A stretch of 64,000 nucleotides of DNA from positions 1 to 64,000 of the IMG/VR virus record IMGVR_UViG_3300037346_000580; one strand, written 5' to 3'. Below, in pieces: positions 38,247 through 48,427 of the stretch (the stretch's first letter is position 1; every line of letters starts with the position of its first letter). The DNA is from a virus (taxonomy: Duplodnaviria; Heunggongvirae; Uroviricota; Caudoviricetes). The notes beneath the pieces were generated by a model. The model was not told the DNA's origin, searched no databases, and saw only the letters and a program-made list of their open reading frames with translations. Made by a program: the position numbers and the translations under genes.

Positions 38247-38993
38247 TTATGAGTTTATATTATTCCAAAATTCATTTTTAATTAATCTCCCGTTGATCGG
38301 ACTGTACATCTCGCTAACTTTAAGAGCATCTGAAAACTCCTCTATCGTGCAGCCTCTCTCGGCGTATGGATTATTAAATCTTCCATATATGTCATCACTG
38401 CCGAAATGTGGGGTTTCTAGAATCTCCATTGGATTATACATATCAACCACACCCCCCTTTATTGAATATTCAATGATAGCCTCGAGTGATGTATCATCTT
38501 CTCCAGCTTCCTGATTCATTAATTGTACCTTCATTTCAAGGAATGGAAATGCATCCGCTATTTTTACACAATCCTCATAGACATCCTGTACACTTGGATA
38601 TTTACCAATGTTATAATTACTGGACCCTATTATACCGTCCCAGTTGCACCATCCGTGTGGTCCTCCAACCCACGAGGAAACTATTCTGGAATTGCTTAAA
38701 TAATTAAGATTCAAAACACCATATTTTTCAGCTTCTTTTTCTTTAAAATGCCAGGCATCGTTAAAATCCAGATTGTGTTTTTCTTTGATTGCATCTATAA
38801 GATCACTCCATGATGCATCTATACCATAGATTAATTTATTAATCTGTTTTTCGAATTCCCTGTCGTTTGAACAGAAGCTAAATCGATCCGTCATTATATT
38901 TATAGCCATCGCCTGTTGTTTAGTAACAGGTTTACCAACAACAACTAGTGCTGGCCATTTAGGAAGTCCCTTATTGAATAATTCTTCGTTCAT
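38247..38993 (-). CDS. Hypothetical protein (248 aa).
   Basis: ORF. Conserved promoter immediately upstream. Confidence 0.5.
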   Translation of the reverse strand: MNEELFNKGLPKWPALVVVGKPVTKQQAMAINIMTDRFSFCSNDREFEKQINKLIYGIDASWSDLIDAIKEKHNLDFNDAWHFKEKEAEKYGVLNLNYLSNSRIVSSWVGGPHGWCNWDGIIGSSNYNIGKYPSVQDVYEDCVKIADAFPFLEMKVQLMNQEAGEDDTSLEAIIEYSIKGGVVDMYNPMEILETPHFGSDDIYGRFNNPYAERGCTIEEFSDALKVSEMYSPINGRLIKNEFWNNINS

Positions 38994-39007
38994 ATCATTA
39001 AATTATA

Positions 39008-39060
39008 TGCAAATATAAAAAAAAGATTCGGAATAAAAAAATTTATTCCGAATCTTTTTT
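39008..39060 (-). promoter_or_regulatory. Conserved promoter motif (TGCAAATATAAAAAAAAGATTCGGAATAAAAAAA) fused to hairpin terminator GATTCGGAATAAA/TTTATTCCGAATC.
   Basis: Motif family plus 13-bp inverted repeat. Confidence 0.55.
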
Positions 39061-39279
39061 GCTTTTTTCCCAAAGTTCCTTAAAGTGGTTGTTACCTAGT
39101 GGTGTGGATGTGATTATCGCCTTGCCCTCAGATCCCTCAATTTTTGGTAATGCCTTCTCGTATAATATTGGATCTATTGTATTAATATAATTTTTTCTAA
39201 AATAATCAATTGAATCTATGCATTTCTTTAGCTCCTTTTTGATTTCCTTTTTCTTGTGATTCTCGTTATATTGTCCCAT
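39043..39279 (-). CDS. Small basic protein (78 aa).
   Basis: ORF. Confidence 0.35.
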   Translation of the reverse strand: MGQYNENHKKKEIKKELKKCIDSIDYFRKNYINTIDPILYEKALPKIEGSEGKAIITSTPLGNNHFKELWEKSKKDSE

Positions 39280-39640
39280 TTACTTCCAATATAATTTTAA
39301 AAGTGAACCATAGCTGAATATAATGTAGTATTTGATCAAACCCAACAACAACAAATCCATTATGATAATCTCCCTTATCCCAGAAAGGCTTACCAACTCT
39401 GCTTGTGATGAAGTCCGTGATCCAGTGGCAAACGAAGGTAATAGTAGCAAAAGCTACTGCTTGTCTAAAGTATCCAAAATAAAACCAGGAAGCAATTAAC
39501 CATATTAATGAATAAACAGCAACATGATATGTTAACCATTTAGGATCTGTGCTTTTTCCCTTCGCTTGATCTTCAGTTTGTAATGCGAAATCAGCAAGAA
39601 AATGTATTAGCAAAATGAAAATGAATATTTTATCTGTCAT
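39266..39640 (-). CDS. Integral membrane protein (124 aa, DUF3307-like).
   Basis: ORF. Three to four TM helices. Confidence 0.45.
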   Translation of the reverse strand: MTDKIFIFILLIHFLADFALQTEDQAKGKSTDPKWLTYHVAVYSLIWLIASWFYFGYFRQAVAFATITFVCHWITDFITSRVGKPFWDKGDYHNGFVVVGFDQILHYIQLWFTFKIILEVNGTI

Positions 39641-39660
39641 ATTTTCTATTTTATTTTTTT

Positions 39661-40101
39661 CTATTTTATTTTTTTCCAGGAAACATTCAAAAAGTCCTCG
39701 TGATATTGAACTATATCGATACTCATAACTTTTTCGATTTTTACCTCCTTTGTCACAGGATCGAGATTTCCAGCAATTGTTGGTCTAATTATACCCATTG
39801 CGGACTCTACTATAAATCTGGCAGATTTACCCTCACTAGTATTCATAAACTCCACACTAACAACAAGAAAATCATCTGTAATTTCCACACCCTTTATTTG
39901 ATGTGTTACTCTTGAAAGATCCAATGAATTTTTTACTTGATATTGATAGTCTTCATGCATAATCTCCCCACCACAGAATCCACTTTTCATTGCTTCGTCT
40001 ATACAGGATTTCATTTTTTCTATAGATTCCCTGGTGTAGATATTTCCAACCAAATTTGGTTTATCTGCTTGTGCTATTGCGATTTTCATGATGCTACACA
40101 A
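39661..40101 (-). CDS. Hypothetical protein (146 aa).
   Basis: ORF. Confidence 0.45.
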   Translation of the reverse strand: MCSIMKIAIAQADKPNLVGNIYTRESIEKMKSCIDEAMKSGFCGGEIMHEDYQYQVKNSLDLSRVTHQIKGVEITDDFLVVSVEFMNTSEGKSARFIVESAMGIIRPTIAGNLDPVTKEVKIEKVMSIDIVQYHEDFLNVSWKKIK

Positions 40102-40352
40102 AATTTGTTTGTTATCTGTCTAGTTAAAATTGCCGAATCCTCTTCAGGTCTGGATTTTATATCCAAAGATGTGCTTTCCCCATAAGCAAAAGCTTTTATG
40201 ATCGTTTCACCATAACCATCGACCTCGGTTCTGAAGTCAACAAATCCCGCACCGTCTATTCTCCCCATTCCTCTGGCCATAGTTGAATGTGTTATGGCCG
40301 CAGAGAAAATAATTGCACTCCCATCCGCTATGATATATTTAGGTTTATACAT
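40086..40352 (-). CDS. Hypothetical protein (88 aa).
   Basis: ORF. Confidence 0.4.
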   Translation of the reverse strand: MYKPKYIIADGSAIIFSAAITHSTMARGMGRIDGAGFVDFRTEVDGYGETIIKAFAYGESTSLDIKSRPEEDSAILTRQITNKFCVAS

Positions 40353-40695
40353 TTTCTAATATTTTATTTATTGAGATTATTTTTTCCTTGATTGATTTAC
40401 ATGCTGTTAGATAGCCATTAATTGCTTCCTCTGACCAGCCTACAAAGGAATCAGACTCCAGAATATTGGCATATTCTAATAATGACATTGCATCTTTTTC
40501 TGCATTCTCCTTAATTCCATAAGTTATTGAAGCTTTCTTATTTATATCATAATTCTCATCAATGATTCTACTAAAAACATTGAGTTCACCAGTGCCCATC
40601 CATTTTTTGGATACGAAATAATAAGTTTCTCCAAATTTTATATTGACTCCATCACTTGTAGTGAATAGAATTTCGTCAGATTTTTTGCTACTCAT
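40345..40695 (-). CDS. Hypothetical protein (116 aa).
   Basis: ORF. Confidence 0.4.
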   Translation of the reverse strand: MSSKKSDEILFTTSDGVNIKFGETYYFVSKKWMGTGELNVFSRIIDENYDINKKASITYGIKENAEKDAMSLLEYANILESDSFVGWSEEAINGYLTACKSIKEKIISINKILENV

Positions 40696-40957
40696 CTTTT
40701 TGGTATTTGTCTAAAAATTTTTGTATCATTGATGATACACTTGCTGATTTACCAATAATCATATTTAACTGACCATCCTGTGGACCGACAGTGTTATTAA
40801 GTGCTTCGTGCATTCTTTCCCTGAGAGACATATTACCTACTCTTTCTTCCTCTGCTCTGTTCTCAAGGTCAATAAACTCCTTCCATTCGGGAGAAGCCAC
40901 AATTTCATTTATGTTATTGTACTTCATCTTCTTCCAATTTAAGTGATTTAATTTCAA
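40688..40957 (-). CDS. Hypothetical protein (89 aa).
   Basis: ORF. Confidence 0.4.
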   Translation of the reverse strand: MKLNHLNWKKMKYNNINEIVASPEWKEFIDLENRAEEERVGNMSLRERMHEALNNTVGPQDGQLNMIIGKSASVSSMIQKFLDKYQKDE

Positions 40958-41753
40958 ATTCTGGAATCATAATATCCATAAATTCTCTCTCCTGCGTGAA
41001 TATAGGTGTTGGAATCATTTGCCATTTAAGTCTTTCAACTTGGCCATCTCTACCTTCAACCATTGTAGGTACCTTAGCGATAATACCACCTCTTTTTTCT
41101 CTAAAGTGGTAGTCGTTCCAATTGATACCTTTTTTGAAGATCATTTCCTGCATATCCTTCTCCTTCTTGCCATTCAATTCACTTTGTGAATAAAGACTTT
41201 GAGCAACCGATTGGATTGAGTTCCTAGTCCCGTCTTGTTGTCTGAATATGAAATAGTTCTCAACCTCGCTTTTCTGAGAAATCTGAAATACCCTAGAGTC
41301 AAATTCAGCTTTTTTAATTCCTTTTAGTTTTTCTATCCATAAAGGTGTTATTGTTTTAATACCACTATTAAACTTTTCTCTGATGTATCTGTCAACCCTT
41401 AATTCGTTGAATTTTGATGTCGCCATGGAAGCTGCAACTGAAGCCATCTTCTGAAGGTTCCCATCGAACCACATCTGTGTGTCTCTTTCTTCAAAATCAG
41501 TAATTAGTATAGAAATCTCATCTGATTGACAATATCCAAATTTTGCTCCCTGTATATTTTTACAAAGGTATGCTGTTGTTTCATTCATGTCTGAAATTAA
41601 GCCCTCATCAAATGGTGACACTAGACCTTTTGTATAGGTATGGAAAGCTTTCCCATCAATTCTAATTAATGTATATGTTCTGCGTGGAACATAGTATCTA
41701 AAACGGTCTTCATAGAATTCCTTCATACGATCACCAAGGCTGAAATTTTTCAT
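40914..41753 (-). CDS. Thg1-like protein (tRNA-His guanylyltransferase family; 3'-5' nucleotide addition / tRNA 5'-end repair).
   Basis: YTLIRIDGKAFHTYTKG (the RIDGxxFHxF motif), GYCQSDEISIL (the QSDE motif) and VAASMATSKF are the signature blocks of Thg1/TLPs. Confidence 0.7.
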   Translation of the reverse strand: MKNFSLGDRMKEFYEDRFRYYVPRRTYTLIRIDGKAFHTYTKGLVSPFDEGLISDMNETTAYLCKNIQGAKFGYCQSDEISILITDFEERDTQMWFDGNLQKMASVAASMATSKFNELRVDRYIREKFNSGIKTITPLWIEKLKGIKKAEFDSRVFQISQKSEVENYFIFRQQDGTRNSIQSVAQSLYSQSELNGKKEKDMQEMIFKKGINWNDYHFREKRGGIIAKVPTMVEGRDGQVERLKWQMIPTPIFTQEREFMDIMIPEFEIKSLKLEEDEVQ

Positions 41754-42068
41754 ATCTTTATTTAATTTACATCGTCCAGGTAGTTTTTCCTGATCCTGGA
41801 AGGCCGACAGTTATATGTAGTTTTTGGTTACTCATCTTTTCCTATGAATATGAATGGGTATTTTGTTTTTATTTTTTCTATATCCTCTTCAGCCCTATTA
41901 AGGGTGATCCTCGTGATATTCTTTGGCATCTAACTTTTTTGAATATATTACTCTCAGTAGATCCCTTATAATCTCCTCCTGCGATTCAAAACTGTAATTA
42001 GCCATTGTTGGATAAATTCTTTCCGCTGCTTCGTGGATATCTATTTTTTGAGAAGTATTTTCCATGGA

Positions 42069-42299
42069 TTATCGGTTTTCATCGGGGAAGAACTTTTCAA
42101 ATAAAATTCCAAATGCACCATGTTCTGTTACGTCAGACTTTCCGGTTGATATCTCTCTTGCTGTTACCGAGATGATTCTCCATCCATTTTTTAGCACAGC
42201 ATCAACTTCCTCCTGTGCACTAATTTTACCACTTGAGGTAATTAAAAATTTTTGTTTAGTTACTGCCATTTTATTTGGGTTTATAATGAAAAAATACAT
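42069..42299 (-). CDS. Hypothetical protein (76 aa).
   Basis: ORF. Confidence 0.4.
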   Translation of the reverse strand: MYFFIINPNKMAVTKQKFLITSSGKISAQEEVDAVLKNGWRIISVTAREISTGKSDVTEHGAFGILFEKFFPDENR

Positions 42300-42712
42300 T
42301 CTTTTTTTGGATTAAATATCCTCAATACCGTGCCTTGTCCGAATATCCAATTGAAGTAGTGACCTCTGTACTTAATAGTCCCACCTCCGAAATTTGCATC
42401 GAATTCATCTAGTTGTTTGTTATATTGTCGACCCCCAATTTCGGCGGCATCAAATACGAAATACATTAGATTTCTTGGATGTGGCATATAGCCTTTAGCA
42501 TAGCATCTATCCTCGTAGGCTCTATCATGCCTAGCTATTTCTTTTGCTAATTTAGATTCAAATTCCTCGCGTGGCAAGTCATTGATATACTCAAATGCTC
42601 TAAGCTTTCTCTCTTCCACTCTTTTCAATTTGGCTTTCATTCTTTCCATGGAGGCTTTCCCCTCCGGTGTTTTCATAAAAGCTCTCATTTCATCTAGCAT
42701 CTCTTTTGACAT
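42281..42712 (-). CDS. Hypothetical protein (143 aa).
   Basis: ORF. Promoter motif upstream (42733-42775). Confidence 0.45.
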   Translation of the reverse strand: MSKEMLDEMRAFMKTPEGKASMERMKAKLKRVEERKLRAFEYINDLPREEFESKLAKEIARHDRAYEDRCYAKGYMPHPRNLMYFVFDAAEIGGRQYNKQLDEFDANFGGGTIKYRGHYFNWIFGQGTVLRIFNPKKECIFSL

Positions 42713-42784
42713 GATCAGTTTGTTAAATTATATTGCAAATGTATGGATTTAATTCGAGATATAAAAATTTATTTGGAATTATTT

Positions 42785-43432
42785 TTACCAGCCGTGTCCT
42801 TGGTTACCATTGTCCTCCGACATTCCTATGTAGGTGTTATTAACAAGATTAAAATGGTAGTAGGTGTTCCTTGTCTGGCTTGGTCCCCTGTTGTTATGCC
42901 AAGGAGTCCACTCATATGCAAATTGAACTGTTAGCTTATCATTTCCATTCCTTTTATATTTGATTTCTAGCGAGTAGTGTTGATGACCACTTCTTTCGCC
43001 ATAGTTCAGCTGGATCAGTTTCTTATTTTTGGTATCGACTATGTACCTCTTGTCCCAGGTAAATTTCAGGTTACTTAGAAGTTTATCGTATTTAGCTTTA
43101 GTTATTTTATCCATCTGAAAACTATATTGAATATCCCTTTTACCCTCCTCCCATGACCTTTCGTTCTCCCTTAGATATTGCTGAAGGCTTTTGCAGTCGT
43201 CGTCCTTGAATTGTTGAAACCACTTTTCATGCTCATCGACAGGTATATATTCAAGAATCTCCTTACCCGACTTGGTAAAAGATTCGAAAAATTTCTCCTG
43301 ATAGTTTTCAAGATTTTTCTTAATCAGCTCAAATACATCCAGTTGCATTTGCAATGTTTGCATATTTAGAAGCTCTGTGAAGTCTGCAGGTGACTTGAGA
43401 AGCTTTACCTTTACTGTTTTCTTTTCTACCAT
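42785..43432 (-). CDS. Member 1 of a tandem three-paralogue family (215 aa).
   Basis: VKVKLLKSPADFTELLNMQ ... NLENYQEKFFESFTKS is shared with the next gene. Confidence 0.5.
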   Translation of the reverse strand: MVEKKTVKVKLLKSPADFTELLNMQTLQMQLDVFELIKKNLENYQEKFFESFTKSGKEILEYIPVDEHEKWFQQFKDDDCKSLQQYLRENERSWEEGKRDIQYSFQMDKITKAKYDKLLSNLKFTWDKRYIVDTKNKKLIQLNYGERSGHQHYSLEIKYKRNGNDKLTVQFAYEWTPWHNNRGPSQTRNTYYHFNLVNNTYIGMSEDNGNQGHGW

Positions 43433-43953
43433 TTTTTTACCTGTCCCTTGTCCATGTAGCTATAATCGCTACAATCTATTAATTCGTTTGTATCAAATCT
43501 GAATGACATTCTAATATCTTTTTTGAGCTCGTCGAAATAAGTTGCCCTGTAGTATACTTGCGTATTTATTTTAATAGTCCTCTTATCACTTGCTATTAGA
43601 ATATTATCTTTCATCTTGAACTTAAGCCCCGCCAGATCATCTATTTCCATCATCCTTTTGTCTTTATGGTTGACCACCCAATTTTTTGCGGATTCCCTGA
43701 ACTTTTTAATGTGCTCCGGATAAGTAAAATCATAATCATAGCAGTTGAATATTTCATATTCTCCAATATCCTCGGGTGGTATGCATTTTATTACCTCATC
43801 TGAAGTCTTAATGAAGGATCGGATAAAGTCCATCTGATACTTTCTCAAATTACTCTTCAAATGATCCAATACTGACATCTGAGTCTTTAGATCCTGGAGA
43901 TCTAATAAATCGTTAAAATCAGCAGGGGCCTTAATTAAGTTTACTTTTACCAT
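43426..43953 (-). CDS. Member 2 of the tandem paralogue family (175 aa).
   Basis: VKVNLIKAPADFNDLLDLQ ... NLRKYQMDFIRSFIKTS. Confidence 0.5.
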   Translation of the reverse strand: MVKVNLIKAPADFNDLLDLQDLKTQMSVLDHLKSNLRKYQMDFIRSFIKTSDEVIKCIPPEDIGEYEIFNCYDYDFTYPEHIKKFRESAKNWVVNHKDKRMMEIDDLAGLKFKMKDNILIASDKRTIKINTQVYYRATYFDELKKDIRMSFRFDTNELIDCSDYSYMDKGQVKKW

Positions 43954-44591
43954 CCTTCTTCTGTGCTTTCAGATTTTAATGTTGTCATATCAATTGTACA
44001 TTTCATATGATAATTATGCACATACGGGTAGATCATATCTGCCGGATGATTTCTCGTGAATTCGTTATAGGGATCGAAAAACCGGTGTCTCCTATATTTT
44101 ATTACGAGCTTATTTAATTTATAATCTATTCCTATCTCTGGATCAATATTCGAGGGTATAAAAAACATGGTTTTATTTTGAAAATCAACAAATATCGAAC
44201 AGGGCTCAGAATCATCAAAGATTGTATTTCTAAAAGGATCCATTTTTTTCTGTGTCTTACAAAACCAAGTCATGCAATGTTCAACGCCTCTCACCCTCAA
44301 TATCATCGAAATGATTTCGGATGCGGTTTTCATCATTTTATATTGACCGAATTCGACGTTTAATAGCGAAAATTTATAAATGTCATCTGGTGATATAATA
44401 CCATCCAGATCTGACAGTTTATCAAGCCTAAACATGCTACATTTAATAAACCCATCAACGTAGTTGTCTATATTATCCGATATTTTATTGATCTTTTTTT
44501 TAAGTTCTTTTCTTCTCTTAAACTCATCCCCTAATGCAAGGAGATTTGTAATTGAGTGAAAATCAAATTCTATGTCTAAGTTTGTCTTCAT
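43947..44591 (-). CDS. Member 3 (more divergent) of the tandem paralogue family (214 aa).
   Basis: Similar architecture. 7-nt overlaps between successive genes. Confidence 0.45.
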   Translation of the reverse strand: MKTNLDIEFDFHSITNLLALGDEFKRRKELKKKINKISDNIDNYVDGFIKCSMFRLDKLSDLDGIISPDDIYKFSLLNVEFGQYKMMKTASEIISMILRVRGVEHCMTWFCKTQKKMDPFRNTIFDDSEPCSIFVDFQNKTMFFIPSNIDPEIGIDYKLNKLVIKYRRHRFFDPYNEFTRNHPADMIYPYVHNYHMKCTIDMTTLKSESTEEGW

Positions 44592-44609
44592 GGAAATTAA
44601 TTAATGGTT

Positions 44610-44640
44610 AAAAAAAAGCTGCATCAGTGATGCAGCTTTT
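44610..44640. terminator. Bidirectional terminator (A8-GCTGCATC-AGTG-ATGCAGC-T4).
   Basis: Inverted repeat with A-run and T-run. Confidence 0.65.
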
Positions 44641-44659
44641 TACATATATTATCCTATGA

Positions 44660-45055
44660 TTAACTAAGTTCTTCCTCGATTTTCAATGTTGATAGAACAT
44701 CATCGATGTCACACATTTCTAAATCAAATTTATCATCTTTGGAAAGATTTTTTCTAAGAGTTTTTCTTGCTACCTTAAGTTTAGCAAGTCTAGTTTCGGA
44801 TCTAAGCTCGTCTAAACGATTTTTGATATCTTGTGCCCAGACAGAGATTGGAAAGCCCATGAATGTAGCTTCCTCATCCAAATCTTCTTCAGTAAGACCT
44901 AATTCCTTCGCAGCTTCACCCAGACCTTCCTTTTGCTCGTTAATAACCTTCTGCGCTTTAACTACTTGTTTAATGGTTGATAATTCTGCTACATATCCAA
45001 CTGCTGGGATATACTTTGATGCCGTTGCATAAGTTGTCTTTGGTGTAGATTCCAA
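44660..45055 (-). CDS. Hypothetical protein (131 aa).
   Basis: ORF. Confidence 0.45.
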   Translation of the reverse strand: MESTPKTTYATASKYIPAVGYVAELSTIKQVVKAQKVINEQKEGLGEAAKELGLTEEDLDEEATFMGFPISVWAQDIKNRLDELRSETRLAKLKVARKTLRKNLSKDDKFDLEMCDIDDVLSTLKIEEELS

Positions 45056-45175
45056 TGTTGTAATTTCTTTTTCTACTGCTTTGAAGTTTTGTAAAACCTG
45101 ATCTCTTTTTGTTATTTTGTTATGTTTTTTTAAATTAACAATACAAATATATAAAAAAGTTTCGAATAAAAAAAA

Positions 45176-45484
45176 TTATTTTGATTTATTTTCCAAATTA
45201 GGAAATTCTAGATACTCTTTGATCCCTAATATCTCTTTTATCGCTCTTATCTTTTCACCACTTGGATCTGTTATACTAAGTAGTCCTACACTTGAGCAGA
45301 CGCTTTTTGTTTCTTCGCCCATTCCCCACCCTGATGAAAAAACCTCAGCATCCCTGCCAACAATTTCCTCAAATTTTTCTCTAACAGCCCATCTTAACGG
45401 AAAGTCTGCTCCGTGATGTAATTCACTTCTCTTAACTGGACCTATTACACAGTTCCAATACTCATTTTTTTCTTCACTATCCAT
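45176..45484 (-). CDS. Hypothetical protein (102 aa).
   Basis: ORF. Confidence 0.4.
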   Translation of the reverse strand: MDSEEKNEYWNCVIGPVKRSELHHGADFPLRWAVREKFEEIVGRDAEVFSSGWGMGEETKSVCSSVGLLSITDPSGEKIRAIKEILGIKEYLEFPNLENKSK

Positions 45485-45968
45485 TTAATATTCTTATTGC
45501 TCTATTAGTACACTCGTTTGTTAACCCATATCCTATATCAACACAATCTGGATGATTAATGTTATTCGATGTTCTTACAAAATTACACCTCTGATCTGGT
45601 AAGAAATCGTCATCGTCATCAAGAATAACATATTTTTGAATTTGTGGATTTTCATCCAGCCAATATTCAATTTCATGACCTCTCTCAATTCTAGTAGTTA
45701 ATTGCAATAACCTCTCATTGAAGAGATATGTGCAATCGGGTGTTACGTCTATAATATCCCCTGGTAGACCTCTTTTTTCCCACATCTCCCTCATTTTTTC
45801 CAATCCTGCATATCTCCAAGTTGATGATATAACAATTTTGGCTTCGGTTTCGTCTATAATTCTTTTAAGATTGTCAACGAAGTGACTGTGAAATTGGCTT
45901 CCAAATTCATCATGGTCGTGGGAATAAACATTCAGTACCCCATCAATATCAAGAAATATTATTTTCAT
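45477..45968 (-). CDS. HAD-superfamily phosphatase-like protein (motif I FLDIDGVLN).
   Basis: DxDGV motif at the N-terminus plus VISSTW (motif II-like). Confidence 0.5.
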   Translation of the reverse strand: MKIIFLDIDGVLNVYSHDHDEFGSQFHSHFVDNLKRIIDETEAKIVISSTWRYAGLEKMREMWEKRGLPGDIIDVTPDCTYLFNERLLQLTTRIERGHEIEYWLDENPQIQKYVILDDDDDFLPDQRCNFVRTSNNINHPDCVDIGYGLTNECTNRAIRILNG

Positions 45969-45971
45969 AAT

Positions 45972-46349
45972 TTAATTTTGATTTACAACCTCTAAACCTA
46001 TGAAGTTTTCATAATCTAAGTTTATCTTAAACCAATATTCATAACCTCCGTCATGGATTCCTCCTTCATTAGAATACCCAGTATCTTCCCAGAAATAGAT
46101 GGTGATAACGTCGGCATTAACAGTTATTTCATTGTCCTCACCAACTTCAAAATCCAGAAATAACTCATCGTGATTTTCGTTGGTTATGAAATGGTAAAGA
46201 GATTTCGCTTCCTCCGTGTCACCCTCTATGTCCTCGATGAATTGAATGTACTCATCAAGTGTTGGATAATCCTTCAGTGTGTTTTTTCTTATCTCGTGGT
46301 ATAGACCACTAAAGTCGAAGAAGTTCTTCAACATATCAGATTCTGTCAT
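45972..46349 (-). CDS. Acidic hypothetical protein (125 aa).
   Basis: ORF. Confidence 0.4.
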   Translation of the reverse strand: MTESDMLKNFFDFSGLYHEIRKNTLKDYPTLDEYIQFIEDIEGDTEEAKSLYHFITNENHDELFLDFEVGEDNEITVNADVITIYFWEDTGYSNEGGIHDGGYEYWFKINLDYENFIGLEVVNQN

Positions 46350-46422
46350 AATTTCTTTTTTTAAAACGTGCTCCGGTTAGTTTAAAATGTGTAGAACACG
46401 TTTATATTGTTACTAATTCTTC

Positions 46423-46869
46423 CTAAAATGGAAGATCTTCACCTACATATGCACTCATTTTGCTAACCACAATGCCTTCTGTTCTTAATTGTAATTTATT
46501 TCCGTGGTATTCTCTATTTATGTGCGATATAGCAATATCAAAACTTATATTGTGATATGCCATTAGAAACCCAACCGGAGAGGTTCCTCCGAAACCGCAT
46601 TCGAAGCATTTGAACCTTCTTTTCTGATCATTTATATATAAATGCGAATCGTTATGAGTTAATGTTCTACATAATGGACATCTACCCACATAATGACCCG
46701 ATTTTAACCTCCTTAGTGGAACGTAGGTTGAAACGACAGTGGAAATATTGGTATTTTTAAAAAGCTCGTTTAAATCGCTCTGATTGAAGTACCAATAACT
46801 CTTAACCCTATCCTTTTTCCTTCGTCCCCATATGTACCTTCTTGGTCTCTTATATTTTTTTGTTAACAT
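46423..46869 (-). CDS. Stand-alone DnaG-type CHC2 zinc-finger domain protein (CPLC...HND...CFECG).
   Basis: C-x2-C ... H ... C-x2-C spacing typical of the primase zinc-binding domain. No TOPRIM domain follows. Confidence 0.5.
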   Translation of the reverse strand: MLTKKYKRPRRYIWGRRKKDRVKSYWYFNQSDLNELFKNTNISTVVSTYVPLRRLKSGHYVGRCPLCRTLTHNDSHLYINDQKRRFKCFECGFGGTSPVGFLMAYHNISFDIAISHINREYHGNKLQLRTEGIVVSKMSAYVGEDLPF

Positions 46870-47269
46870 GTCTGTTCCAATTATAATATACTACGGTTCC
46901 GTTAATGTACTCCTTCCATGTTTTTTTCCATGGACCGGAGAATAATATGGTCATGCAACCAGTTCCGTTTCCTATTTTGTGATATGAATCTCTAGGAAAA
47001 TATTGAATGATATTTTTTCTCGTTCTAATAGCATATTCTCCGCTCTCTTCATTGATCAGAATGTATTCATCGTATTGTCCGAAGAGTTTCAATGAAATGG
47101 CATTGAAAGCATGTGTATGAAATCTGTCCTGAGACCCATTACTTTTATGAAAATAGAAGAAAATAATGGAGAATAACCATTTGCACTCAAAAACAACAAA
47201 TTGTGAAACTATCTGATCACCAAATGTAAATCTATTATAGACCAAGAATGATATTGCTTTCCCTTTCAT
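46850..47269 (-). CDS. Hypothetical protein (139 aa).
   Basis: ORF. Confidence 0.45.
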   Translation of the reverse strand: MKGKAISFLVYNRFTFGDQIVSQFVVFECKWLFSIIFFYFHKSNGSQDRFHTHAFNAISLKLFGQYDEYILINEESGEYAIRTRKNIIQYFPRDSYHKIGNGTGCMTILFSGPWKKTWKEYINGTVVYYNWNRHVNKKI

Positions 47270-47619
47270 TATTTAAAATAAATTGTTTCTGGAAATCCAC
47301 CGAATACAAACTTCGTAACGTCACAAAGCCACATATCAATATCATATCGGATCCCCATATATTTTTCCATTCTGTACCATGCGCCTTCACCAAGCTCCCA
47401 GTTTTCAAGCCTACCTAAATAAAGAAACTCCATGAAATTTGCACCTTCAAAATCCTCATCTGACAGTGTAACATAAATTGTCGTGTCGCCTTGAGATAAT
47501 AGATCCAAGAATGTGTCCGCGCCAGCAACCATCTGAAGATCCGCTTTGGTTCCTTCCCACTCAGGCAAATCTACGAACCAACCTGTCTCATCCTTGTAAA
47601 ATTTAAAAAGTCTTCTCAT
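47269..47619 (-). CDS. Hypothetical protein (116 aa).
   Basis: ORF. Confidence 0.45.
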   Translation of the reverse strand: MRRLFKFYKDETGWFVDLPEWEGTKADLQMVAGADTFLDLLSQGDTTIYVTLSDEDFEGANFMEFLYLGRLENWELGEGAWYRMEKYMGIRYDIDMWLCDVTKFVFGGFPETIYFK

Positions 47620-47629
47620 TATAAAAGTT

Positions 47630-47839
47630 TTAGTGCCTCCCTTATTCCCTCAGTTAAGCATTCTCTCATATCTCTCGTTGAGTATGAGTTATATTTTTGC
47701 ATATATCCAAAATCTCCGTGTAAATTTACCTCTGATCCGTGGTCTTCCCATATTCTAACATGTAGATCAAGATACCCATCGTCACCCCTGAATGTTTCAA
47801 TTAGGATGCTGCATTTTTTTTCTAACCAATTAATAACCT
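47630..47839 (-). pseudogene. Truncated, ATG-less sixth copy of the ETAKLA/LQKWLRE/YEEALE family. It reads (L)VRKKCSILIETFRGDDGYLDLHVRIWEDHGSEVNLHGDFGYMQKYNSYSTRDMRECLTEGIREALKLL and covers only the C-terminal half.
   Basis: Manual translation. C-terminal SYSTRDMRECLTEGIREALKLL matches the family's SYEEALExGLxEALKLI. There is no ATG; the only candidate start is a TTG. Confidence 0.35.
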
Positions 47840-47887
47840 GTGACAGTAAGAGGAGCTAAGCAGCAGGGACAAAGTATATGGCTCATT

Positions 47888-48427
47888 CTAAGATTCCTCT
47901 GTTTCTAATTCAACATTTTCAACAAGAAAACTTCTCATGAAATTAAAGAGTTCATCTTTACCATGGCTGATACATTGATGCAGGATGGAATCAAGATGCC
48001 CTGAAATTGAAGTTCTCTGGTGTATTTGACTTTTTCTTCTAAGCTTTGATAACTCCTCGCCAAGTTTTAAATATTCGGGGTCGTCAATATCTAAATCCTC
48101 AAGATTCATTTCTCTTCTAATTCTACTTCTTAAAAATAGAATAGTATTTATTCTTTTAGATTCTTCCTGAGTTATTAGTGATTCTGAGAAACATAAAGAA
48201 TCGCTGAAGTAATCGCACTGTCTTAGTGCTTTGTGAAAATTAATAAACCACCAGTTGTCTTCTGGAAATCGTTTATACTCATCAACTATATGTTCCAGAA
48301 AATCAGGATCCCCAAAATGCAGAATAGTAAAGAGATTCCAATATATAAAAAGATTAGGTTCATTGTTGCTTTTTTTCCTTAAAGCTTCCAAGAAATTCTC
48401 CTCTGTAGTTTGTCTTTTATTTTCCAT
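47888..48427 (-). CDS. Hypothetical protein (179 aa).
   Basis: ORF. Confidence 0.45.
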   Translation of the reverse strand: MENKRQTTEENFLEALRKKSNNEPNLFIYWNLFTILHFGDPDFLEHIVDEYKRFPEDNWWFINFHKALRQCDYFSDSLCFSESLITQEESKRINTILFLRSRIRREMNLEDLDIDDPEYLKLGEELSKLRRKSQIHQRTSISGHLDSILHQCISHGKDELFNFMRSFLVENVELETEES

